In this document: positions 52,203-62,684 of the stretch, in pieces | How positions within the stretch are numbered: the stretch's first letter is position 1 | Layout of the letters: each line of letters begins with the position of its first letter | The notes under the pieces: generated by a model | What the model saw: only the letters and a program-made list of their open reading frames with translations | Told to the model about the DNA's origin: nothing | The model's database searches: none | Position numbers and translations under genes: made by a program | From: Verrucomicrobiota bacterium | GTDB lineage: Bacteria > Verrucomicrobiota > Verrucomicrobiia > Opitutales > Cerasicoccaceae | Assembly: GCA_039818205.1 (NCBI GenBank) | Contig: JBCBUK010000001.1 | Location: 480,001-544,000, forward strand | Reading direction: 5' to 3' | Length of the DNA: 64,000 nucleotides

Positions 52203-52702
52203 TATACCTCCTCCTTTTCACCGCTCGCTTGAAGCGTTTCAACGAGATTCTCGAGGGTAAAGATCAACATAAAAACTCCCGAAATCGGTAATGCGAGGTA
52301 CACGTACCCCATCTTCCACCCCAATGCCGGAGTCGTCTGATCAAGAGTCAAGGCATCCATAACAACCTGGATTCCGCCAACCACAAAAATAGAGGTTGCG
52401 AAAAACAACACCACGAGGTGCGACGTGATTGCCATCAGACGCCGAGCGTCCGGATGAAGCTGTTGGACAAAATAGTCGACACCGAGATGGGCTTTCGCAC
52501 CAAATGCAAGAGCACTGCCAATCAAGGCCACCCAGATCAATAGAAAGCGTGCCAACTCCTCGGTCCACTTCGCCTGTTCGCCCAGCACATAGCGAGTAAA
52601 TACACCCCAGACGACGTCGAGTACGAGAAACAACACCGCCAGGATCAACACCCACTCGAGTATGCGCGTTAAGACATTGCGGACTTTCAACAAGGCTTCC
52701 AC
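52202..52702 (-). CDS. dctQ: TRAP transporter small permease DctQ
   Basis: WTEELARFLLIW, HLGVD, TPALG; four TM segments. Confidence 0.92.
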   Translation of the reverse strand: MEALLKVRNVLTRILEWVLILAVLFLVLDVVWGVFTRYVLGEQAKWTEELARFLLIWVALIGSALAFGAKAHLGVDYFVQQLHPDARRLMAITSHLVVLFFATSIFVVGGIQVVMDALTLDQTTPALGWKMGYVYLALPISGVFMLIFTLENLVETLQASGEKEEV

Positions 52703-52705
52703 GCG

Positions 52706-53719
52706 CTACTGAATTTCCTTTATTGATTGGACCAGTGATTGAAGCTCGGGGTCATCGATGGCATCGTACATCGGTTGGACTTTTTCCGCGAAGGCAGCCG
52801 TATCGACCTCGTACATCGTCACGCCTTCGGCCTTAGCCGCCTCAATGGCGTCTATCGTTTTCTGTTGCCAGAGCTCGCGCTGAACGACCGAAGAATCATC
52901 GGCTGCTTGTTGAACCCACTCCTGCTGTTGAGGGGTCAACCGATCCCATACTTTTGTGCTGATCATCAGCATATCAGGGATTCTGGTGTGCCCATCAAAA
53001 GAGAAATGCTTACAGATCTCGTAGTGTTTATTCGACGTGAAACTCGGTGGATTGTTCTCCGCGCCATCAACCGTGCCTTGGGCCAACGCCGAGTAGAGTT
53101 CGCCCCAGGCGATCGGGGTCGGCGCCCCTCCCATGGCTTTAACCATGTCGATCGCCGTTTTACTATTCATTACGCGTATCTTCAGACCCTCTAGATCTTC
53201 GGGCGATTTGATTGGGCGATCCTTCGTATAGAAGTTGCGGCTACCTGCGTCGTAATAGCAAAGTCCGCGGAGAAACTTATCCTCGCCCTGCTGCAAAAGA
53301 CGTTGTCCGAGCTCACTGTGAAGCACATTCCAGAAGTGATCTTCGTCCCTAAAAATGTACGGAAGGCCAAAGGCTGACATCAGCGGAACAAAGTTTTCCA
53401 TCGCGGCCGCTGACGTCTTCGTCATGGCCAAAGAGCCGTTTTGCAGCTGCTCAATACATTGAACCTCGGAACCCAAAACACCACTGGGATAAATATCCAT
53501 GGACATTTGCCCGCCGGACAGTTCCTCCAGTCGAGTCTTCATTTTTTCCATCGCCAGGTGCACGGGATGCGCCGTGTCCAAGCCGTGGCCTAGTTTGAGA
53601 ACCTTCTGGCTGGTCGAAGTATCAGTCGCCTGATAGCGCAGGAAAAGCGTGAATCCGAAAATCGCTACCAACGCGCCGATCAAAAGACCAGAGACGAAAA
53701 ATGAAATTCCTCGATTCAT
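52706..53719 (-). CDS. dctP: TRAP substrate-binding protein DctP
   Basis: HPVH, YPSGVLG.E, GSRNFY, LKIRVM, ELYSAL..GTVDGAENN. Confidence 0.93.
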   Translation of the reverse strand: MNRGISFFVSGLLIGALVAIFGFTLFLRYQATDTSTSQKVLKLGHGLDTAHPVHLAMEKMKTRLEELSGGQMSMDIYPSGVLGSEVQCIEQLQNGSLAMTKTSAAAMENFVPLMSAFGLPYIFRDEDHFWNVLHSELGQRLLQQGEDKFLRGLCYYDAGSRNFYTKDRPIKSPEDLEGLKIRVMNSKTAIDMVKAMGGAPTPIAWGELYSALAQGTVDGAENNPPSFTSNKHYEICKHFSFDGHTRIPDMLMISTKVWDRLTPQQQEWVQQAADDSSVVQRELWQQKTIDAIEAAKAEGVTMYEVDTAAFAEKVQPMYDAIDDPELQSLVQSIKEIQ

Positions 53720-53749
53720 ATCGTGGGTAGACGCAACGGAAATACCAGG

Positions 53750-54580
53750 CTACTTAAGGTCACGAATGGCAATGTGATCCATGTCATCAAAGCGCTGATT
53801 CTCCCCTCCCATAGCCCAACAGAAAGAATAGGCTGTTGTGCCGCATCCAGCATGGATTGACCACATGGGAGAGATAACCGCTTGCTCATTGGACATTGCC
53901 AGGTGGCGAGTCTCATCACCCGGTCCCATAAAGTGAAAGACCTTGGCGTTCTCATCGAGATTAAAATACATGTATACCTCAGTGCGTCGCTCATGGGTGT
54001 GGCACGGCATTGTATTCCAAACGCTGCCGGGTTCTAACGAGGTAAAACCCATGACGAGCTGACAACTCTTAATTCCATTCTCATGAATGTATTGGTAGAT
54101 GGTTCGCTTGTTCGAGTCTTCCACCGAGCCCAAATGCAATGCGTTAGCATCAGCCTTCTTCGCGTGAACCGTGGGATACTCCGCATGCGCCGGATAACTC
54201 ACCAAATAAAAGCGCGCGGGAGATTGGGTATCGTTGCTTGCGAACGAAATTTCTTTCGAGCCTCGTCCGACATACAATCCATCCAGGTTATCCATCGAAT
54301 AGGTTTCCCCGTCGACCGTGATCGAACCGGGGGCACCAATATTCAAAACGCCAAGTTCGCGTCGTTGGCAAAAATAGTCTGCCGCAAGCTCCTTGCCGGC
54401 CTCCAAGACCAATGGTTGCTCAGATGGAATGGCTGCCCCCACAATTGAACGCTCTACTTCGCAATAAAGTAAGTTCAACTGGCCTTCAACGAACAACGAT
54501 TCGATCATGAAAGTCTCCCGCAGTTCCTGCGTATTCATGCGCCGATACTCGCTTTGCCCAATAGTATATTTTATTTCCAT
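53750..54580 (-). CDS. kduI: 5-dehydro-4-deoxy-D-glucuronate isomerase KduI
   Basis: RRELGVLNIG, SCQLVMG, WNTMPCHTHERRTEVYMYF, SPMWSIHAG, WAMGGENQ. Confidence 0.93.
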   Translation of the reverse strand: MEIKYTIGQSEYRRMNTQELRETFMIESLFVEGQLNLLYCEVERSIVGAAIPSEQPLVLEAGKELAADYFCQRRELGVLNIGAPGSITVDGETYSMDNLDGLYVGRGSKEISFASNDTQSPARFYLVSYPAHAEYPTVHAKKADANALHLGSVEDSNKRTIYQYIHENGIKSCQLVMGFTSLEPGSVWNTMPCHTHERRTEVYMYFNLDENAKVFHFMGPGDETRHLAMSNEQAVISPMWSIHAGCGTTAYSFCWAMGGENQRFDDMDHIAIRDLK

Positions 54581-54594
54581 GGTTATCTCAAATT

Positions 54595-55896
54595 TCAGAA
54601 TCCCAAGCTCGCCATTACACGACTGTCGTAAGTCCTATAGTCTCGATACTTGCCGCTAAACCAAAATAGTGCTTCAGGGAATCCACGAACGATTATCGGA
54701 CGCAAATTATCATTAACGGAATCGAATGTTAGCTGCGTCCATATCCATTGTCCATTCTGACGTTCACCTCTAAACAACTGATAGACACGGCCAGATAGCG
54801 GTTCGCCGGTTTCGGGGTTCACATCGGCCGAAATGATTAGTTGCTGATCGTTGTTCGGATCCAAGGCAATGCCGCCGGCGTAGTGCTCCTCTTGCGGATA
54901 CAAATTACTCCCAGCATACGCTATCTCCTCACAGACCCATTCTCCATTCTCGAAGCGAGCAGTCCAATAACGCATATCGGAACCCATTTTACCGCTGGGA
55001 GACGAGATGAAGGCGCCATAAGGCTGCCCTTCCTGATCATACTCCAGGTCCCAGACCCAGCCGCGCCCTGAGTCTTGGCTACCGTCAAATACCAGCGTGC
55101 CTTCTTCGGGAACGAGCGGCCGAGACTCCAAGGCCTCAAGGGTCCGAATCTCCTTACCGTTAGAATCGAAAAACGTACCCTCTTTATAATACATGTGGTA
55201 GACGTTGTTCTGATGGACCTTGCGTGGATGCCCATCGGTATAGAAAATATCGATACGATCGACGCCATTCGAAATGTATTTTACGTAGGGTCGCTGATTG
55301 CTGTTTTCCCCAACAAAAAGGAGAAGGGTTGGGTCACTCCAGCTCTCGGCATCGTCGTCAGAGGTCACAAAGTTTGGGTTGAAGTTGTTTCCCCGGAAAA
55401 AATTATAGATGCGCCCGCCCTCGCCTTCGAGACGCATTAAATTTTGGTAGGTCAGACCGCGTCGAGTATCGACCACCTCAAACTTCTCTTCATCCGACAG
55501 AATCAGAGCCCCGCCATCGCCAACAATGAGTCTCCGCTGATAGAACGCGTTGTGCCACCCATGAGTTCCGTAGGTGGTAAGAATTTCATCACCATTCAAT
55601 GCAAGGAAAGCAGCGTTGTTATGATCGTCCTTCTGCTTCCAAGTGCTCAGGTCGAATTCATTGGGTTCCCCCAAGCTCGATTCGCCGTCAAGGCCAATAG
55701 CCGTCATCGCAGTGGTGCCATCGCTTTTCACGTAACTCACATAGAAAACATCGTCGTTAAAAATTGCGCGTTCATCATTGAACCAGGTCCACGCTCCGTC
55801 TTCGGCCACGACTATCGGCTCGAATGCCGACGCACAGACCGTCGCGCAGTATGACAGGACAAACCCAACAAAAACTTTCAATAGCGGCATCATCAT
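54595..55896 (-). CDS. BNR-4-repeat beta-propeller secreted protein
   Basis: Signal peptide; GAWTWFNDERA, DDHNNAA, SDDDAESW (Asp-box), RPYVKY.SNG, TDGHPR. Confidence 0.75.
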   Translation of the reverse strand: MMMPLLKVFVGFVLSYCATVCASAFEPIVVAEDGAWTWFNDERAIFNDDVFYVSYVKSDGTTAMTAIGLDGESSLGEPNEFDLSTWKQKDDHNNAAFLALNGDEILTTYGTHGWHNAFYQRRLIVGDGGALILSDEEKFEVVDTRRGLTYQNLMRLEGEGGRIYNFFRGNNFNPNFVTSDDDAESWSDPTLLLFVGENSNQRPYVKYISNGVDRIDIFYTDGHPRKVHQNNVYHMYYKEGTFFDSNGKEIRTLEALESRPLVPEEGTLVFDGSQDSGRGWVWDLEYDQEGQPYGAFISSPSGKMGSDMRYWTARFENGEWVCEEIAYAGSNLYPQEEHYAGGIALDPNNDQQLIISADVNPETGEPLSGRVYQLFRGERQNGQWIWTQLTFDSVNDNLRPIIVRGFPEALFWFSGKYRDYRTYDSRVMASLGF

Positions 55897-56769
55897 TTAT
55901 TGACCAGCGGAGAACCCACTCAAGTAGGCGTTCCATTCCCTGGGATCTGTGATAGCGCCTGCACGCTCCCAACCGTAACCCGCGTGATATTCAAGAATCC
56001 CCTGATCATCAGTCTTCGCAATGAGCAAAGCGTGGTCCCCCAAAGGTTCATCCGATTCCAAGAAAACAAATTCATCAACTGCGCCTGGGTGAATCACCAC
56101 GCCAGTGCCAAGCCCAGAACCATCGATAGTTTCCCATATCGACATCCAGCCTTCATCCAAGTCATGCGCAACGAGATCATCATCGTGGTGGCGGACCAAT
56201 CCAATCGCGATCGGCAAGCCCGCGGCCAACTCGCCATCCTTGGTGAAGGTGGATCTCGACCGGAACAGTCGCTTGCCCGATTCAATCGATATCTCTTTCC
56301 GTTCTTTGTAAGCGTGGCCACCGTGTTCCCATTGATAGCTCAACACAAACACGGCTTCATCACCTTCCAGCTTCAAAATCTCCCATTCATCGAAAACATT
56401 GGAAGTGACCAACTGGCCATCAATCCAAAGGCCCAAGCCACCACATCCGCGCGAGCTACCGACTTTATACGGATCATACCCCTCGCCATGATCAGTGTGG
56501 TAGGATTTACCCGCTGCGTTCCCGGCATACCACTTGTCGATGATCGGGTATTCAACGCGCTTCAACCATGCATCGAAGCCACTATCCTCCCCACTATCCT
56601 TAAGCGTTGGCCCGTAGGCCCGGAAAGCGATCAGATCGTTTTCCCAAGCGAAGTCATCGGCGCGTTCCGGGACGAATCGGCAATGAACCAATACGTCGTC
56701 GGCACAAAACGCCGCCAGCGGAAAAATCCCGAGACCGAAAAGGCACAAGATACGAATGTGGGTAATCAT
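55897..56769 (-). CDS. DUF4861-family protein
   Basis: RFVPERADDFAWEND..AFRAYGP, SGFDAWLK, YHTDHGEGYD.YKVG.SRGCGG; signal peptide from ATG 56769. Confidence 0.82.
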   Translation of the reverse strand: MITHIRILCLFGLGIFPLAAFCADDVLVHCRFVPERADDFAWENDLIAFRAYGPTLKDSGEDSGFDAWLKRVEYPIIDKWYAGNAAGKSYHTDHGEGYDPYKVGSSRGCGGLGLWIDGQLVTSNVFDEWEILKLEGDEAVFVLSYQWEHGGHAYKERKEISIESGKRLFRSRSTFTKDGELAAGLPIAIGLVRHHDDDLVAHDLDEGWMSIWETIDGSGLGTGVVIHPGAVDEFVFLESDEPLGDHALLIAKTDDQGILEYHAGYGWERAGAITDPREWNAYLSGFSAGQ

Positions 56770-56872
56770 GGGTGCTAAACTGATGTTCGATCCCAATTTT
56801 ACCAGACGGTACGGCAGCGTCCATACCAGTTAAGGCATCCATACTATCCAATTTGCGACCACTCTCGAAAGG

Positions 56873-58027
56873 CTAAGATTGCGCATGCGAACGTTTACGA
56901 AACTCAGATGGCGTCTCGCCTCGCACCGAAACAAAAAAACGGGTCAGGTGGGAAGCCTGAGAAAACCCGCTTTCCTCTGCGATCTCCTCAAGGCTCATTT
57001 GCGTCTCCACAATCAGCTTGGCCAAGTGAGCCGCACGCAATTCCCTGCTTCGCTTCTGAATACTCTGGCCGAGCTGGTCGCGAAACCGCCTCTCAAGCCC
57101 ACGCCGGAACAGACCACTGGCTTGCGCAATCTCGTCAACGGTAACTGGCCGATGGGCATTTTCTTGCATGAACCGTAAAGCCTTTGAAACCGCAACATCC
57201 TCGACGGCGAAAATGTCGGATGACTGGCGGATCACTAGCTCCCCGACTTGGGCCGTTATCTTGAGATCATCTGGTTTTTCGCCGCGCATCAATTTATCCA
57301 GAGCGGCCGCGGCGCGGTAGCCCGCTTGATACTGATCAATCGCGATACTAGAAAGGGGCGGATTGCAAACGCCACATACCACCGGGTCATTATCAACGCC
57401 AATGACAGAACAATCATCCGGCACTCGAAGGCCCGCGCTTTGGCAGGCCTGAACCATCCACTGACCTGCATCATCATTTGCCGTCATGATCGCCACCGGC
57501 TTTGGCAAAGAATGCAACCACTCGCAGGCATTCTTCAGTTGTTCCGCATCGTTCTTTCGGTCGAGGCTACTGAGATCAATCCAAAGCTGGTCCGTTGCAT
57601 AGCCAGAGGACTTTAGAACATCGTCGAAGCAAGCACCTCGCTTGCGCGCCCAAGGAGCACCCTTCTGACCACAGAATGCGAAGTGGCGAAATCCCCGACT
57701 CAACACATTGCGAGCAATAGCTTCCCCAATACCTTTGTCGTCAACGTCAACGACTACCGTACCATCGATGCCTTCAGTAAGATAGGTAAAGGCGACGATC
57801 GGAATTCCAACTGACGAAAACTCGCGTACAACCGCGACATCGCGCACAAGCAAACCATCGAACTGATGGTCTGCGAGAGGCGCTGCAAGGCCCTGGACTC
57901 CCTGCGGTTGCCAGTGGATTTGCCAGGGACCGAAGTGCCGCGCATAGTCCGCGACACCCGAAATGAGCTTCCTCCCGGATTCACGGGAGGACTCAATCAT
58001 CATTAAAACATTTGGTTTCTTAGCCAC
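56873..58027 (-). CDS. XylR-type regulator (LacI-like sensor + AraC HTH)
   Basis: GFRHFAF, LPKPVAIMTANDD, VPDDCSVIGVDND, RRGLERRF, TPSEFR. Confidence 0.9.
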   Translation of the reverse strand: MAKKPNVLMMIESSRESGRKLISGVADYARHFGPWQIHWQPQGVQGLAAPLADHQFDGLLVRDVAVVREFSSVGIPIVAFTYLTEGIDGTVVVDVDDKGIGEAIARNVLSRGFRHFAFCGQKGAPWARKRGACFDDVLKSSGYATDQLWIDLSSLDRKNDAEQLKNACEWLHSLPKPVAIMTANDDAGQWMVQACQSAGLRVPDDCSVIGVDNDPVVCGVCNPPLSSIAIDQYQAGYRAAAALDKLMRGEKPDDLKITAQVGELVIRQSSDIFAVEDVAVSKALRFMQENAHRPVTVDEIAQASGLFRRGLERRFRDQLGQSIQKRSRELRAAHLAKLIVETQMSLEEIAEESGFSQASHLTRFFVSVRGETPSEFRKRSHAQS

Positions 58028-58082
58028 GGATTAGACGAAGGGCTAATCTACCAAATCACAAAGATAGTCAATGTCCGTATTA

Positions 58083-59711
58083 TTAATTCTTCAGGCCCGG
58101 ATAGGTTCCCGGCAGGTCATCCAGATACTCGACCAAGAGCTCCTGCATAGCTTTTAACTGCGTAGCATACTCCGGGTTCTCTGCCAGGTTCGTGTTCTCC
58201 GTTGGGTCGTCCTTGAGGTTGAAAAGCTGGTCTTGATCGAAGTAGCTGGATGCCCAAGGTGTATTCTCTGGATCCTTAAGCTGCCAGCGTTCAAAGCGGA
58301 AGCCACCGGGCTGCATCCCTAATTGGAAATACGGAGCATCTTCAAGGAATGGGTAGTCTTCCGCCATCCAAGGAGCTTCTTCAAGCATCTCCTGGTAATA
58401 GATTTTTGCATCGGCAACGCGCTCTGCTTTCGTGCGTTGCAAGCTTGGTGGAACATAAAACGCTACGTAGCTCCAGTCCGCAGTAGACACCGCGCGAGCC
58501 AGTCCGATCTCGCTGTAGACCGCTTTGCGCCAGTCGTCTGGGCTCTCACCACGGAAAATCGGCATGAGGCTATCGCCATCGAGCATCATGTTTTCGGGTG
58601 GCTCAATACCAGCTATCTCAAAGAAGGTCGGACCAAAATCCACGTTCTGAACCAACTCCTGCGGCCGTGCACCGGGCTCGATCACACCGGGCCAGTAGGC
58701 CATAATCTGAGTGCGAATACCACCTTGGTAGTTCGTTCCCTTGGAGTGATACTCCATACCATTATCATTGAAGTAAACAATCAAGGTATCCTCAGCGATG
58801 CCAAGCTCATCAAGCTTATCCATAATCGCGCCGATCCCGTCATCCAACCAGGTTGCTGCCGCGTTCTTGCGCGGGATACCAGCCGCTTTCGTACGCTCCA
58901 CGACTGACTCCCGTGATGGCTGCACACCGGTAATTGGTTCATCAAGCACACCCATTCCGCTTAGGCGCGGATCACCAGTCAATGATGCATAAGTATCCGG
59001 CACGTGCATGAGGGTTGGCGCAAAATAGAGGTACCAGGGCTCATCCTTGTTTTCCTCGATAAAATCAATGGCCGCTTTCGTGTTCCACTCCTGATTATGA
59101 ACATTGCACTTCGTGTTGATCAAGGACTTGTCGTCATCAGGGTTGCCACCATAAACAGCGGCAGCGAAGTCAAAACCGAAACGTTTGATCTCGTTGGCAA
59201 TAATCTCCTGGTTCTTCCGCATCACCGCTTGAACTTCGGGATCATACGGATCGCTTCCAGGCGCAATCGGCTCGATCAGGTGCATCGTTCCATTGAGGTG
59301 CCACTTACCCGAGAAGCCCGTTTTATAACCAGCATCTTGGAGGACGCTCGGAATGTTCGGTTGCCCCTCGGCAAAACCGAGATTCCAGAGGATGCGGGTA
59401 ACGCCATCCTCAGTAGTCCCCTCGGCAAAGTATGGCTGAGGGCAACGACTCGCGAAGTGACCGCTCATGCAGGTATAGCGACTGGGCGAACACACGCTTG
59501 ATGAAACAAAGCCGTTTTCGAAGTAGATTCCCTCGTTGGCCAGCCGATCGATATGCGGCGTCAACGAGTCTCCTCCGAGAAAGCCGAAGTGATCACGGAA
59601 CTGATCGTCCGTGATGATAAACAAGATATTGGGCTGCTTGCGCTCAGCCGAAGCAATGAGGCAGACGGCAGTCAACAAACCAAAAACAAGTGCGCTAATT
59701 TTTTTAACCAT
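58083..59711 (-). CDS. S1 sulfatase (paralog of 15301-16977)
   Basis: [27 protein letters not shown]; start overlaps the GH117 stop. Confidence 0.93.
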   Translation of the reverse strand: MVKKISALVFGLLTAVCLIASAERKQPNILFIITDDQFRDHFGFLGGDSLTPHIDRLANEGIYFENGFVSSSVCSPSRYTCMSGHFASRCPQPYFAEGTTEDGVTRILWNLGFAEGQPNIPSVLQDAGYKTGFSGKWHLNGTMHLIEPIAPGSDPYDPEVQAVMRKNQEIIANEIKRFGFDFAAAVYGGNPDDDKSLINTKCNVHNQEWNTKAAIDFIEENKDEPWYLYFAPTLMHVPDTYASLTGDPRLSGMGVLDEPITGVQPSRESVVERTKAAGIPRKNAAATWLDDGIGAIMDKLDELGIAEDTLIVYFNDNGMEYHSKGTNYQGGIRTQIMAYWPGVIEPGARPQELVQNVDFGPTFFEIAGIEPPENMMLDGDSLMPIFRGESPDDWRKAVYSEIGLARAVSTADWSYVAFYVPPSLQRTKAERVADAKIYYQEMLEEAPWMAEDYPFLEDAPYFQLGMQPGGFRFERWQLKDPENTPWASSYFDQDQLFNLKDDPTENTNLAENPEYATQLKAMQELLVEYLDDLPGTYPGLKN

Positions 59712-60780
59712 GATATTCTCCTATTTCGCTCCAAGGGCGGTGACTTTCAAATCGACGGATATAATTCCAATTCCAGCTCGCATCGTATTGATGACAAAGC
59801 CCCCAATCCAAACCGGCCAATGGAGACTTGTTCGCATCGAGATTCTTAACCAGACCAGCTGCTTCTGGCCCCCACTTGATGTGGGACATGATTTCAAAAT
59901 TTACGCCGTCTTCGGCAAACTGCATGGTGTTCTTCTCAGGCCCATCGGTGATCAACATCGCCGCGACCCCATCTTGATAGTTCCAGGCACATACTTCATG
60001 CCCACTGTTTGTAATGGGGTTATAGGGTGACTTAATGTAGGGTCCTTCGAGTTTGTCGGCAATTGCGACGCCCCATTTGATCTCACGCCCACCGAACGTG
60101 AGTTCTTCGCCCATGGTCTCACCCTTATAGTAGAGATAGAATTTGTTGCGGAAGAAAAGCAGGCACGGGTCATGCGTCTTGTGGCTATCAAAGTCACCCT
60201 TCTCCAATACCGCAAAGCGGTCGTCCTCCTCGCCTTTCCATACCCCATTGGTTGCCGGTGAGAGGATAGGCGCGGGCAACTTATTCCAAGGCCCATGCGG
60301 TGAGTCCGCGATCGCCATGGCGATCTCTTCCTTAACGCGGTTAACGTAGGGCGCCTTCACCGTTTGGTAAACCAGGATAAACTTCCCATCGTGCGCCAAA
60401 ACCTCGGGCGTGAATACCGCGCGGTCATCGTAGGCACCCGCTGGGCCGTGGCCAATGGCACAGCCTTCTTCTTTCCACTCCCATCCGTCTTTGGATGAAG
60501 CATACCAGACTTCAGTCTTGTCCCACGGGAACACCTTAGCCTCGGGATCGCCCGAGCCAAAGCCCAACGTTTCGCCCACGCCCTTGGTGTACCAAGTGTA
60601 GTAAACGCCATCCACTTCCAGAACGGCGCTGGGATCGCGTCGAATAACGCCCTCTTCAAAGGCAAAATCGCCACCGAGGTCATAGAGTTTAAATTCGGTG
60701 AACCACTCGGAGCTCTTTTTATCGTAGCCACGTTCGATGGCACGCTTGGATGCAGCACTTAAGGGTTTCTCTTCGCTCAT
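59704..60780 (-). CDS. GH117 alpha-1,3-(3,6-anhydro)-L-galactosidase (neoagarobiose hydrolase-like), no signal peptide
   Basis: LSAASKRA N-terminal motif, [40 protein letters not shown]...GPY.KS.YNP.TNSGHE, DGPEKNT.Q. Confidence 0.9.
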   Translation of the reverse strand: MSEEKPLSAASKRAIERGYDKKSSEWFTEFKLYDLGGDFAFEEGVIRRDPSAVLEVDGVYYTWYTKGVGETLGFGSGDPEAKVFPWDKTEVWYASSKDGWEWKEEGCAIGHGPAGAYDDRAVFTPEVLAHDGKFILVYQTVKAPYVNRVKEEIAMAIADSPHGPWNKLPAPILSPATNGVWKGEEDDRFAVLEKGDFDSHKTHDPCLLFFRNKFYLYYKGETMGEELTFGGREIKWGVAIADKLEGPYIKSPYNPITNSGHEVCAWNYQDGVAAMLITDGPEKNTMQFAEDGVNFEIMSHIKWGPEAAGLVKNLDANKSPLAGLDWGLCHQYDASWNWNYIRRFESHRPWSEIGEYHG

Positions 60781-60783
60781 AAC

Positions 60784-62631
60784 TTATGATTGTTCAATCA
60801 GATTAACTTGTAAAACGACGCAAGCCACCTTGCCTCCAGTATCCGGATAGATAATCTCCACGGTGTTCTCTTCGCGGACGTATTCCATAGGCACAGGCAC
60901 TTCGATCATACCAAAAAAGTTTGCGCGACCGGCTTGATCATCTCCGGCCCAATTGTCGGGAATTTGTAAGTCATAACCATTGAACTCGATCGAATCAGGC
61001 AGCACTTGCTTGCCCAACTCGCGACCAGGTGAGAGGCGCAGAATCGCACCACCGGCCCCGGTAGGCGTATCGACAAATGTAAACTCAATCGGTTCGCCCG
61101 AATTAATATCTTTTAGATAGTCAGTGGCATAAACACGGTGTTCGGCAACCCGGCCGCGGATCCCAACGGGTTCCGGCAAATCGACAATGATCATCGCTCC
61201 CATACCAGGGAGTAAGTTCATTTGATGGGGAATTTCTGGAAGGACCATTTCACCAACGCGAGGCTGCTCGCCATTAGTCGTCAATACGCGAGCGGTGATG
61301 GCGACTGGCTCCAGGTCCTCGAGACCGGAAAGCTCCAGCAGCATGTTTTCGTGAGCCAGATTTGCGAGGATAACCCAAAGTCGATTACCGTCGTTTAACA
61401 AGTGCACCCGAACATCGGGGTTTGAACTCTGGCTTACGCGCCACTGCCCTTCCACCCCTTTCCAAAACTCATAGAAAAGCATGAGGTCCGTCGTCACGAA
61501 ATTTCCCTCAGCAGTCCGGCGCCAAAGTAAAAATGGATTAGCCTGCCCTGGCTCGCCCGTCCCCTTCAAACTGTAGGTCCAAAGCGCCTTCCCCAACACA
61601 AACGGAATCGTTTTCAGGAGGCGGTCTGGGTGATCCATGTAAGTCATATTCTGGCCGTTGATCGAGTAAAGCATCCCACCCGAGCGAGCGGGGCTATAAT
61701 CCATCATACCCATGTTGCCCTCTGGGATCTTGCCGTACTCAGTAATCATGAGCGGCTTGGCGACACCAAACTTAATGTGGCTGTAGGTATCGATCAAATC
61801 CATGATCGCCTCAGAATTACTTCCAGTGCGATCGCGCGGCGTGCCCTCAACGTTGACACCGTCGTATACATGGTAGGAAAAGAAATCCATGTTCTCTCCC
61901 GCGATATCCATGAAGGTCTTTTGCCAATTGTTCCAATGATCAAAGTTTCGGGCCTCAACCTCGACCCATGCTGCCGAGTACCCACCAACCATCACATCGG
62001 GATTCAATTCGCGCACCCGCTTGGCAACCACGTTGTGCTGCTCCGATAGCCGCTGGACATCGGTCCCGATCTTCTTCGCCTTCACAAAGGGCTCATTGAA
62101 TACCTCGATGTATTTCGGGCGCTGATCATGGTCGTAGTAATGTTTCAGAAACTGAGCGGTAAACTCGGCAACGCCTTCGTAAGTGCGTGGCCCCCACGCT
62201 GCGTGATCATTGTCCGGCATTGCATGCATGAGCTCCGGATGCGTGCAAATCACCAACTCCCGCATGTGCTCGGTCGTTGCCGCAGGAAAGCCGCTTAAGT
62301 GTTCACGCTGGCGCTTACCCTGCTCTGCCATCTGCTCGACATCCGGCATATCCGGGTTGTCGGCACTCGCGCGGATGCCCTTGGCTGTGCCAGATAGGTT
62401 GCCGCCGTCTCGCCCATAACGAGCATCCAGCTCGTTGCCGAGATAGACCCGCTCCTCTTTCGTCAAGGAGCGGGACCCAAAGTTCTCGTGGACTGTAATA
62501 AACTGATTGCGATCAAACTCTGTCACACCGCCGATATCGCGGATATAGTCAGGAGCTAACTGAATTTCCACAAGCTCGTCCTGCCCGACCAATAGAGTTG
62601 GAATCAGGGCAAACAGCGTGAAGAGTCTCAT
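60784..62631 (-). CDS. GH86 beta-porphyranase/agarase-like glycoside hydrolase
   Basis: [65 protein letters not shown], resembling porphyranase-A-type GH86. ATG 62631 (alternative TTG 62640). Confidence 0.85.
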   Translation of the reverse strand: MRLFTLFALIPTLLVGQDELVEIQLAPDYIRDIGGVTEFDRNQFITVHENFGSRSLTKEERVYLGNELDARYGRDGGNLSGTAKGIRASADNPDMPDVEQMAEQGKRQREHLSGFPAATTEHMRELVICTHPELMHAMPDNDHAAWGPRTYEGVAEFTAQFLKHYYDHDQRPKYIEVFNEPFVKAKKIGTDVQRLSEQHNVVAKRVRELNPDVMVGGYSAAWVEVEARNFDHWNNWQKTFMDIAGENMDFFSYHVYDGVNVEGTPRDRTGSNSEAIMDLIDTYSHIKFGVAKPLMITEYGKIPEGNMGMMDYSPARSGGMLYSINGQNMTYMDHPDRLLKTIPFVLGKALWTYSLKGTGEPGQANPFLLWRRTAEGNFVTTDLMLFYEFWKGVEGQWRVSQSSNPDVRVHLLNDGNRLWVILANLAHENMLLELSGLEDLEPVAITARVLTTNGEQPRVGEMVLPEIPHQMNLLPGMGAMIIVDLPEPVGIRGRVAEHRVYATDYLKDINSGEPIEFTFVDTPTGAGGAILRLSPGRELGKQVLPDSIEFNGYDLQIPDNWAGDDQAGRANFFGMIEVPVPMEYVREENTVEIIYPDTGGKVACVVLQVNLIEQS

Positions 62632-62684
62632 CGTGATCAATCAGTGTTTAAAGCGCGGAGTAATTCCGCCCGTTTAGGTTAATA

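Noticed and set aside
55900..56778. 292-aa plus-strand ORF
   Set aside because: Fully antisense to the DUF4861 gene with no recognisable motifs; same for 10894-11637, 1090-1728 and 62802-63479.
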